Below, one piece after another: positions 27,581-34,713 of a DNA stretch of 64,000 nt. The stretch lies in IMG/VR virus record IMGVR_UViG_3300028832_000118, positions 25,581 to 89,580 of that record; one strand, given 5' to 3'. The translations under genes were made by a program, and so were the position numbers. The stretch comes from a virus. Taxonomy: Duplodnaviria; Caudoviricetes. A model generated the notes under the pieces. The model ran no database searches and had not been told where the DNA came from. It worked only from the letters and a program-made list of their open reading frames with translations. Numbering within the stretch: position 1 is the first letter of the stretch; each line of letters starts with the position of its first letter.

Positions 27581-28819
27581 TTATTTTTCAATTCTGCCCC
27601 CATCATAGTAATCCTTCTTTCCCATGCTTTTATTCTTGCTCATTCGGCTCGGCAACACGTCATCCTTTCTCCTGCCCCTGCCAAGCGTGCTTCTATCAAC
27701 TGGCTTCATAACATCTGAGGCTTCATTCTCGTTCTTTGCGCTCAAATCCCAAACTGTCGTTTTCTGCTCCTGCTCTTTTCTCTGACTTCTTATTTTTTCC
27801 AAGAATATAGATTTAATTTTTGCGGCTCTCGCACTCTCCTCAGGTTTTACCTCCTCAGCCTCTACATCCATAACCTCCTCAGCCCTCTCTGCATTACGTT
27901 CTATCTCCGCAAAGTCATACGCTGAGGATGACGGGTAAACCATAGTGGCGTTTTCATCTGCCATTCCGCTTATATCTATGAATTTAGCGTAATAGCTATT
28001 ATGAAGACCTGCCACCAGCTTCTTTACGTCATAATTCATCCGTGCCGCTACTCTCCCCAATATTACCTCTTTCAAGTTAATAGTTCTCAAAATCTCATTC
28101 TGAATATGGTCTTGAATAACCGCTTCTATATTTACATCAAGTGAGGCATTGATATTCAAAATATCGCCTTCGCTCTCTTTACGTATCTGCTCCAAAGTAC
28201 GCAACAGACAATTATAAGCGTCTATTCCATTGAACGCAATAAAGCGGTATTTCATTTTGTTATACAACCACGCCAGCTCCTCTAATCTCGGTCGCTTATT
28301 ATACAAACGCACATCCACCAGCTTATTTCTGAACTCCTCCCGTTGTTTTTCTACCTGCACCGCATATTTTCTAATCACCTCTTTAACATCGTCAACGGAC
28401 ACCTGAATACCATTATCATCGTGCATTATCCTCACCACCTCCTCTATCGTAAACAACCGCCCAAGCAATCCTACTATATCACTTTCAAACGGGCTTATCT
28501 TTGGAAATACAGTCCCCTTCTTTATCCCTTTGCCGCCCGTACATCCTGCCCTGCCAAACGCTTTCGCCTGTGCAACGGATATTTTTCCCCTCATCGCCTG
28601 CCATTTAGCTTTCATGTCTAATATCTCTTCCTGTTCTTTGGGTGAGAGGTCTGCAATGCGTTCTTTCAGTCTATGAGGCAACATCGCTATATTGATTTCA
28701 ACCCCGTTTGAAGCGACAAATATAGTGTTCTTCATAACGGGGTGATTTTTCAAAACCATCGCCTTTCGGTACTCTTTTTCATCGACAACACCTTCAGGGA
28801 TTTCAATCCTATTTTCCAT
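27581..28819 (-). CDS. Possible terminase small subunit-like protein
   Basis: REEFRNKLVDVRLYNKRPRLEELAWLY resembles DUF2280-type TerS segments; HTH-like region before it. Confidence 0.4.
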   Translation of the reverse strand: MENRIEIPEGVVDEKEYRKAMVLKNHPVMKNTIFVASNGVEINIAMLPHRLKERIADLSPKEQEEILDMKAKWQAMRGKISVAQAKAFGRAGCTGGKGIKKGTVFPKISPFESDIVGLLGRLFTIEEVVRIMHDDNGIQVSVDDVKEVIRKYAVQVEKQREEFRNKLVDVRLYNKRPRLEELAWLYNKMKYRFIAFNGIDAYNCLLRTLEQIRKESEGDILNINASLDVNIEAVIQDHIQNEILRTINLKEVILGRVAARMNYDVKKLVAGLHNSYYAKFIDISGMADENATMVYPSSSAYDFAEIERNAERAEEVMDVEAEEVKPEESARAAKIKSIFLEKIRSQRKEQEQKTTVWDLSAKNENEASDVMKPVDRSTLGRGRRKDDVLPSRMSKNKSMGKKDYYDGGRIEK

Positions 28820-28901
28820 TTACAAAATATTTTGTTATTTATTGCAATTTGTTTTTACATATTATAATTGATAATTGCAGATTGAGAGAGTAGGGGGACT
28901 G

Positions 28902-29642
28902 TTATTTGTCCCCTCCCTCCTTCGGTATGTAGTTTTGGAGCTGCTGTATAGCGTTGAGGATTTTAAGCCACGTTGTATATTGAAATACGCTCTGCGACAT
29001 AATTATCCACAAACCATTCTTCTTTCTGCCCATACACTCATAGCTCCCGTCATAGCCCGCTGGGTTGTGCGTGAAGACAGTTGTCGTTACAATATAGCAG
29101 TTCTTTTGATTTTCCAACGGATGGCGTCTGATACAAATGCGGGACTTATCGCCTGAACTTGTCTCTGACCAAAACTCAGCTGTATTGGGGATGGGCTCTT
29201 TTTCATCCTCTTTTCCCTCTTTTTCTTTCGGCAATCTATAATCAAGATTATTCCAAAAACAAACAATCGGGTAATGTAACCAAATTTCAACGTCATCTAC
29301 GGCTGCAATCAAACCATTTGGTGTAATCGTACTCGGAATGGATTTCAACGTGCTTAAACGGGCTGGAAATCCCTCAGGAGTAGCCTCGCACTCATTAATC
29401 CCCTTAATCAATGACGTGCCAATAATGCGCCCGTGGCTAACATACATAATTCTATCCCCTTCCTGAAGCTCGCATGGGATGAGCTTATCGGTATCGCATT
29501 CATCAATCAGAATAGTGCCACCCTCCGTTGTTTTACAAATCAAGAAATTCTTTTCAGCGCCATTGCTGCTAATCTCTACATTTTCAATCATGCGCTCTGC
29601 TAAAACTCTGCGCTCCTTGTACCAAAATTCTCTTTTTTCCAT
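28902..29642 (-). CDS. Hypothetical protein
   Basis: 246 aa. Confidence 0.55.
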   Translation of the reverse strand: MEKREFWYKERRVLAERMIENVEISSNGAEKNFLICKTTEGGTILIDECDTDKLIPCELQEGDRIMYVSHGRIIGTSLIKGINECEATPEGFPARLSTLKSIPSTITPNGLIAAVDDVEIWLHYPIVCFWNNLDYRLPKEKEGKEDEKEPIPNTAEFWSETSSGDKSRICIRRHPLENQKNCYIVTTTVFTHNPAGYDGSYECMGRKKNGLWIIMSQSVFQYTTWLKILNAIQQLQNYIPKEGGDK

Positions 29643-29701
29643 AATTAAAGTTTTTTAGAATATTTATAAATTAAACCTTTCTCAACCTTCTCAAAATGCG
29701 T

Positions 29702-29815
29702 CTAAAATAACTCAGCTCCCATCCATTGCTCTGTCCACTCTCGCAAACAGCAATGATGAGAACTGTGCGTCTTTTTTGAATTTTCGCTCTTAAACCTAAT
29801 GTTCTTTGCTTTCAT
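29702..29815 (-). CDS. Small hypothetical protein, 37 aa (start re-called)
   Basis: MKAKNIRF... follows an A-rich leader; the upstream extension in the ORF track lies in structured non-coding sequence. Confidence 0.35.
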   Translation of the reverse strand: MKAKNIRFKSENSKKTHSSHHCCLREWTEQWMGAELF

Positions 29816-29889
29816 AATTAAAGTTTTTTTTATGAATGACTTTTTTTCTATAAATAAAAAAACCTTGATAACAAAAATTACCAATGTTT

Positions 29890-30245
29890 CCCATTTTTTA
29901 GGATGAAAAATGAATGCTTCGACTTTATTCAGTAGTGTGCAACCCACCTTTCAGTCTCCGTTCAATATTTCAGAACTTTTCGATACGGATGCAGAAATCT
30001 GCTGGCCAACAGACAATCATAGCTGCATTGCATTCACACTTGTAACGGGTTCTTTATAATGGAGGATTTCCAACTCCAGAGGTCTCAATTGCACCGAGAC
30101 AAAAATAGGGGGGCTACGCCACCATCTACAATCGGTATCGGACAACCTCAAATTTTAACATTTTCTTTTTTTGATTATTCGATAGTGACGGGATACGCAC
30201 ACCCACATTGAAAGTCAGCAATAGCTAATTTAGGTTGTCGAAACA
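29890..30245 (-). ncRNA. Candidate structured ncRNA downstream of the tRNA (unidentified)
   Basis: No credible ORF; helices GACAACCT-AAATT/AATTTGAGGTTGTC, GTCTC/GAGAC, GGAG/CTCC, GCAG/CTGC, TCCGT/ACGGA, GGC-GTA-GCC. Confidence 0.4.
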
Positions 30246-30271
30246 AACTTTTTCATTTCTATTGTGACTTG

Positions 30272-30364
30272 TGCTCCTTGTAAGGCTCGAACTTACGACT
30301 TACTGATTCCTACCACACCATATTACTATGAGTCAGTTACTCTAACCGACTGAGTTAAAGGAGC
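30272..30364 (-). tRNA. tRNA-Ile2/Met (CAT) with a 19-nt insertion in the anticodon loop (30308-30326); CCA not encoded
   Basis: GCTCCTT/AAGGAGC acceptor, ACTC/GAGT D arm, ACTGA/TCAGT anticodon stem, GTAAG-TTCGAGC-CTTAC T arm; removing 19 nt restores the CTCATAA loop; not initiator type. Confidence 0.9.
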
Positions 30365-30368
30365 ATTA

Positions 30369-30482
30369 GAGGGTGCTGCATGTCTTTATCTTTGCAGCAA
30401 GCTGTCCTGGATTCATTACACTCTTTTAAGAGTGGGGAGTTTTACGACCTCAACCCAAACGCTACCTGGATTCATTACCCTC
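30369..30482 (-). ncRNA. Candidate multi-hairpin RNA immediately 5' of the tRNA
   Basis: Closing helix GAGGGT/ACCCTC; hairpins CACTCT-TAAA-AGAGTG, GCTGCA/TGCAGC, GGG..GAG/CTC.CCC; two copies of GTAATGAATCCAGG. Confidence 0.5.
30406..30478. repeat. 14-bp direct repeat (30406-30419 and 30465-30478)
   Basis: CCTGGATTCATTAC occurs twice on the plus strand. Confidence 0.9.
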
Positions 30483-30535
30483 AAATTTTATCATTGACTA
30501 ATCTTTAATCATCATTTCAAAGAACTAACACCTTT

Positions 30536-30550
30536 AATAACTTTGGTAAA
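30536..30550 (-). promoter_or_regulatory. Phage promoter motif copy (TTTACCAAAGTTATT) upstream of the ncRNA/tRNA locus
   Basis: Exact 15-mer match to 20309 and 47318. Confidence 0.65.
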
Positions 30551-30763
30551 TTATTTATTCCTTACCCTTACTCTTTTATACCAATTAAAATTCTTGCAGT
30601 AGTGTAAATTTGCATCAACTATCCTTTCGCCAAGCCTACAAATATTGCTTACCTTATAAAACGCACAAGTTTTACAACAAATATTGCTTTTCATCTGCTG
30701 CCTATCTTTTTCAGATAGACGCCAAGCCTGCTCTAAACTTGGATAAATATAGTGATACCCCAT
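30551..30763 (-). CDS. Small Cys-rich protein (CCxxC...C...C)
   Basis: ICCKTCAFY...ICRL...YCKNF. Confidence 0.55.
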   Translation of the reverse strand: MGYHYIYPSLEQAWRLSEKDRQQMKSNICCKTCAFYKVSNICRLGERIVDANLHYCKNFNWYKRVRVRNK

Positions 30764-30829
30764 TATTCTTCAAACTTAAAATATTTTCATCAACCAATCA
30801 AATAATCTTACATACCAAGGCTCTCTCTT

Positions 30830-30982
30830 TTAGTAAAACGGGCAATGGCGAAAATTACCAGCCAGCCTGCATCTGCCCCAGTGCCCATTAACCATATTGT
30901 CTAATCGGGTGCAGGAATAATGTATGGAAAATCCATTCTTTTTTATTATCTTGAAATAAAAACAATTTATTTCCCTTCCCAT
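30830..30982 (-). CDS. 50-aa Cys-rich protein
   Basis: MGREINCFYFKIIKKNGFSIHYSCTRLDNMVNGHWGRCRLAGNFRHCPFY. Confidence 0.5.
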   Translation of the reverse strand: MGREINCFYFKIIKKNGFSIHYSCTRLDNMVNGHWGRCRLAGNFRHCPFY

Positions 30983-30984
30983 AT

Positions 30985-31152
30985 CTAAAATCCCCTATCA
31001 ATTTTAATCAATTTAACATTACGAAAATTAAAAATAAACACCATAGCGTTATTTTTCATAAAGCCAACCGAAAATCTACCAGCGGTTTTAGGTTTTTCAC
31101 TATTCCGTTTGCACTTCTTTTTCACTATTCTATAACAGTTAATCTTCTTCAT
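30985..31152 (-). CDS. 55-aa basic hypothetical protein
   Basis: MKKINCYRIVKKKCKRNSEKPKTAGRFSVGFMKNNAMVFIFNFRNVKLIKIDRGF; tiles between its neighbours. Confidence 0.45.
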   Translation of the reverse strand: MKKINCYRIVKKKCKRNSEKPKTAGRFSVGFMKNNAMVFIFNFRNVKLIKIDRGF

Positions 31153-31303
31153 ATTGCCAACAAAAATCGTTAAAACTTACAGGCTTCAAAACTTTATCAT
31201 CGCACTTGGACTTGGTAATTGAACACTTGCGCCTGAGCCTATGTCCCTTATCCCTCTCAAGAATTACATGCTTACAATTGCCGCAACATTTCATTTTTTT
31301 CAT
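31139..31303 (-). CDS. 54-aa Cys-rich protein (CCxxC)
   Basis: MKKMKCCGNCKHVILERDKGHRLRRKCSITKSKCDDKVLKPVSFNDFCWQYEED; ATGA overlap. Confidence 0.55.
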   Translation of the reverse strand: MKKMKCCGNCKHVILERDKGHRLRRKCSITKSKCDDKVLKPVSFNDFCWQYEED

Positions 31304-31449
31304 TCTTCATCATCTTTTATATTATCTTCTGCAAATTCATTCAGTATAAAGTCACCGCATATACTACTATCAGGAGTTACATCATCATAAGGACAATAAA
31401 ACGTACCAAACAGGTCACAATGCCCACAACATTCTAAAAAACTGCTCAT
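31300..31449 (-). CDS. 49-aa Cys-rich acidic protein (CCxxC)
   Basis: MSSFLECCGHCDLFGTFYCPYDDVTPDSSICGDFILNEFAEDNIKDDEE; overlaps the helicase stop codon. Confidence 0.55.
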   Translation of the reverse strand: MSSFLECCGHCDLFGTFYCPYDDVTPDSSICGDFILNEFAEDNIKDDEE

Positions 31450-32936
31450 AACTTAATCTTTTCTAAAATATTCTTATTGAAATCATCCGTTCTGACATAT
31501 ACCAACTCTCTCCTTGCCCTCGTTATCGCTACATATTTCAAATTCTGCTCCTGCTCAAATTGCCAATCCTTGGTGCAGTATTTAGAGGGAATAAGCTCAG
31601 GACAAATAAAAAATATCCTATCATTCTCCAACCCCTTTGCCTTATGAATTGTTGATAATAAAATACCCCTAACCTCATCTGAAAAAATATCAGAAATCAT
31701 CCTCTTCAACCCCTCTACGCTTTCAACCTCCTCTATTAAACATTCCAACACCTCTACGCTATTATCCAAAGCCACGTATTTAGGGTGATAAAACGGGCGG
31801 TGAACCCCCCTGCCCTTTAATTCGTTATACAGCCTTTTCTTCTCCCTGTCCAAAGCCTCCGTAAGCCTCCCTAAATCGGTTTTCACTCCCGTCTTATTAA
31901 CAAGGCTAATAAGCCCAGCTCCAATCTCCCTCCCCCTTATCTTGCTTTTTACCTTATTTTTCATCAGCCAAAGATACGTTTGAACCAGCGGTTTTAGGTT
32001 TCTGCACAAAATCCAATCGCCATCCTGCAACTCGGTCAGCTCCCCCTCTCTAACATCCCCATCATCCGCATCCTTCAACGCTCTTATCTCTCCTACTATC
32101 TTATTAGCTTCAGCAACTACGTTTTTACAACACCTATAACTAATGCTCAATGGCATTCTGAGGCTCGCTCCGTTGATATTAGATAAATTATAATAACTAT
32201 CTTCATCAGCCCCTGCAAAGCCGTAAATAGCTTGTCGTGGGTCGCCTACTGTAATCAGCCTCCCCCTTCTGTTAATACACTTCTTGATAAATTCGTGCTG
32301 CATCGGGGAAAAATCCTGACTCTCATCGCAAAATACATAATCATATTTTTCCAGCTTGATATCATCGCTAACGGCTGGAAAATAAATCATGTCTGTAAAA
32401 TCATAATGCCATCTATCCTTTGCAACGTCATTGAATATACGTTTAGCCAGCTCCACTTCTTCAGCACCTATATTCAAATCATACTTATCCGCAATCCTTA
32501 AAACATCCTCATCGTTGCCCGTGCAAAGATTACACCGCATCAAATCTACAATCTTTGAAATTATGTAGTAATAGTAATATCTTTTATTTTCAGAAACATC
32601 CTTTGATAAAACTTTATCAATCTTACCAATTACCTTATTTTTGTTTACCCTCGCCCTGCCTCCATATCTCTGCCTCACAGCACGCCAGCCGCACGAATGA
32701 ACGGTCATAATAGACACATTATCACCAACCCCTAAATCGCTGCACTTTTTAACAAGCTCAGCAACCACGCTGACGTTGAATGCTAAAAATAGGCAATTTT
32801 TTTCAAGAGGCACTTTTTTCAATAGCTCAAGCAAAACAGTTGTTTTGCCGCTTCCAGCTACGGCTGATATATTTATATTTTTATCCGTTTTTTCAAATGC
32901 TGTTAAAATCGCTTTCTGATAGCTACTTAATTCCAT
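31446..32936 (-). CDS. UvrD/Rep-like SF1 helicase, copy 1
   Basis: AVAGSGKTT, VFCDESQD, VGDPRQAIYGFAGAD, STIHKAKGLE, YVAITRA. Confidence 0.9.
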   Translation of the reverse strand: MELSSYQKAILTAFEKTDKNINISAVAGSGKTTVLLELLKKVPLEKNCLFLAFNVSVVAELVKKCSDLGVGDNVSIMTVHSCGWRAVRQRYGGRARVNKNKVIGKIDKVLSKDVSENKRYYYYYIISKIVDLMRCNLCTGNDEDVLRIADKYDLNIGAEEVELAKRIFNDVAKDRWHYDFTDMIYFPAVSDDIKLEKYDYVFCDESQDFSPMQHEFIKKCINRRGRLITVGDPRQAIYGFAGADEDSYYNLSNINGASLRMPLSISYRCCKNVVAEANKIVGEIRALKDADDGDVREGELTELQDGDWILCRNLKPLVQTYLWLMKNKVKSKIRGREIGAGLISLVNKTGVKTDLGRLTEALDREKKRLYNELKGRGVHRPFYHPKYVALDNSVEVLECLIEEVESVEGLKRMISDIFSDEVRGILLSTIHKAKGLENDRIFFICPELIPSKYCTKDWQFEQEQNLKYVAITRARRELVYVRTDDFNKNILEKIKL

Positions 32937-33267
32937 TCTTATTTACGTTTGAAGTGGGTGAACCCCATTTATACCATTTTATTCCCTTGGAGAACTCACA
33001 GCGGATAATAGGCGCATTAACTAACTCATCCTCAAATCTGCTTATGAAATCCCTCGCATTTTTATATAACGATGATTGAGTTCTTAAAAATTTCGTGATG
33101 TTTATCCCCTCTATGGTATTAAAGTCAATTGATTGAGCTGTATTGAAATAACTCTCCTGCCATTTATACACGGCAAAGTACATATATTCATTTCCGCATT
33201 CTAACTGCAAAATTACATATCCCTGATTCACCAGCTCTTCAATAGCTTCGTAATAATTATTTTCCAT
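32923..33267 (-). CDS. Hypothetical protein
   Basis: 114 aa, coupled. Confidence 0.55.
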   Translation of the reverse strand: MENNYYEAIEELVNQGYVILQLECGNEYMYFAVYKWQESYFNTAQSIDFNTIEGINITKFLRTQSSLYKNARDFISRFEDELVNAPIIRCEFSKGIKWYKWGSPTSNVNKNGIK

Positions 33268-33268
33268 T

Positions 33269-33886
33269 TCAATCTAATTTAATATCCTTTATTTTATTTC
33301 GTATTGACTTCAAAATCTTATTGTAAGTTGAAATCGTTATCCCGTTTTGCTCCACAAAATCACTAACCTTCTTACCCTCCATTTTATGATAACATAGCCG
33401 TATCTCTATTGGTGTAAGATTATAATTTTTGAAAATTATGTCTATGGTATCTATATTGCAAGTTGAAGAGTAATCGGTATTATTTTTCAAGGCGTCATCA
33501 TTAGTCATAACGCTGCCATCCCCGTGCTTCAATTCACGTTTGAAATCTCTGAAAAAATTTCGGGAAAGAGCTTTATTGTAATAAAAATAAAAATTATGCC
33601 GCTTGGAAATCTTATACCCCTTAACGCAATTCATCATTATAATATAACAGTCGCTGACTAACTCGTTGAATTCAGGCACATAGCTATTAGATGACTTAAA
33701 TGCTAAATTTCGGTAATTGCTTATATTCTTTTTAACCACATTGTGCATCATTTTGAATAGAAGTACCGAAAAAGCCTGCCGCCTACGCTCTGACTTGGAA
33801 AACTTTATAAATGCAATTACCTTGTTTACAATCTTTGCGTTGTAAACAAAACCAACATTAAAAAAATTTTCACTAAAATCAATCAT
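33269..33886 (-). CDS. Sigma-70/ECF-like phage sigma factor
   Basis: Region-2-like ELVSDCYIIMMNCVKGY...FYFYYNKALSRNFFRD; C-terminal HTH (LTPIEIRL...KKVSDF). Confidence 0.6.
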   Translation of the reverse strand: MIDFSENFFNVGFVYNAKIVNKVIAFIKFSKSERRRQAFSVLLFKMMHNVVKKNISNYRNLAFKSSNSYVPEFNELVSDCYIIMMNCVKGYKISKRHNFYFYYNKALSRNFFRDFKRELKHGDGSVMTNDDALKNNTDYSSTCNIDTIDIIFKNYNLTPIEIRLCYHKMEGKKVSDFVEQNGITISTYNKILKSIRNKIKDIKLD

Positions 33887-34205
33887 TCCTAAAAGTTTTT
33901 ACAGCGGTTTTAATTTTCTGCTCTTTTGACTCCCTTATATTCTTTTCAAAATGGTCGTGGGAGCGTTTTTTTAATGAAGCTACCCTCTGCTCTTTCGACA
34001 ACGATGAAAACTCATTTATTTCAATATTTTTTTCGCTAATAGGTATATTAGCATTTTCATTAATTTCCACCCTCATTTCACCGCATACGGGGCATTCAAC
34101 CTTATCGCTAACCAACCTCCCTCCTACTACCTTATAATTGACTACAAGGTATTCAAATTCTTCGTTGAAGAGCTTACATTTCTCATTCAAACATTTATAT
34201 TTCAT
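33879..34205 (-). CDS. Zinc-ribbon protein (FmdB-like)
   Basis: YKCLNEKC...VECPVCG. Confidence 0.55.
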   Translation of the reverse strand: MKYKCLNEKCKLFNEEFEYLVVNYKVVGGRLVSDKVECPVCGEMRVEINENANIPISEKNIEINEFSSLSKEQRVASLKKRSHDHFEKNIRESKEQKIKTAVKTFRND

Positions 34206-34702
34206 TTTTCTTCATTTTTTGCGTAACTCAATATCAGCAGCGCATCCGCAACTCTCAACCAATCTTTTTTCGTCTTCAGCCCAAACTCCGTTTCCACCTT
34301 CGGGAATATGCGTTGAGCAACCTCTTTCAATTTAGTTTTCCACTCATTAGTGCTTTTGCCCCCCTTCGTTCCAAGCTGCATCGCCTTCTGCCATTTCTGA
34401 GGTGTAACCTCTGTAATCGGGATATTACGGGCAATTAACGCCATTTCTATATGCCCAAACCCCTTACCAAAATTAAACATCGCACTGCCACCCATTCCTG
34501 GCAATCCTCCAACCTTCTCCAAGTAGCAGATTGAATTTTTCTGAAATTTAGACAAGAATAAAAGCAAATCCCTTGGTGTTTCGGGCATGTGCTGAACGGC
34601 TAATAATTTCCCCTTATCCTTGCTCCAAACCACAATTCCACCCTCTTTTCCTGGGTCTATCGCTATTATTTTTTCGTCATTAAAATACTCTGATGTTTTC
34701 AT
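34202..34702 (-). CDS. RuvC-like Holliday junction resolvase
   Basis: IAIDPG, YLEKV, FNFG, VTPQKWQK, ADALLI. Confidence 0.8.
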   Translation of the reverse strand: MKTSEYFNDEKIIAIDPGKEGGIVVWSKDKGKLLAVQHMPETPRDLLLFLSKFQKNSICYLEKVGGLPGMGGSAMFNFGKGFGHIEMALIARNIPITEVTPQKWQKAMQLGTKGGKSTNEWKTKLKEVAQRIFPKVETEFGLKTKKDWLRVADALLILSYAKNEEK

Positions 34703-34713
34703 AATAAAATATA

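Noticed and set aside
29890-29965. Full group I intron core (P7-like GAGACUG/AAAGUC)
   Set aside because: Only 4 bp of P7 pair, and I could not build consistent P3, P4, P6 and P8 helices by eye. Kept only as a hint in the ncRNA finding.
30170-30271. Theta (HDV-like) ribozyme 3' of the tRNA
   Set aside because: Possible P1 (TGAC/GTCA), P3 (GGG/CCC) and CGAA are present, but there is no P2 partner and the element does not start at the tRNA 3' end.
30406-30478. Twister ribozyme or CRISPR mini-array suggested by the TAATGAATCCAGG repeats
   Set aside because: The twister L4 (GGU..AAGCCC) and pseudoknot partners are missing. Two 14-bp repeats are too short and too few for a CRISPR array, and no cas genes are present.
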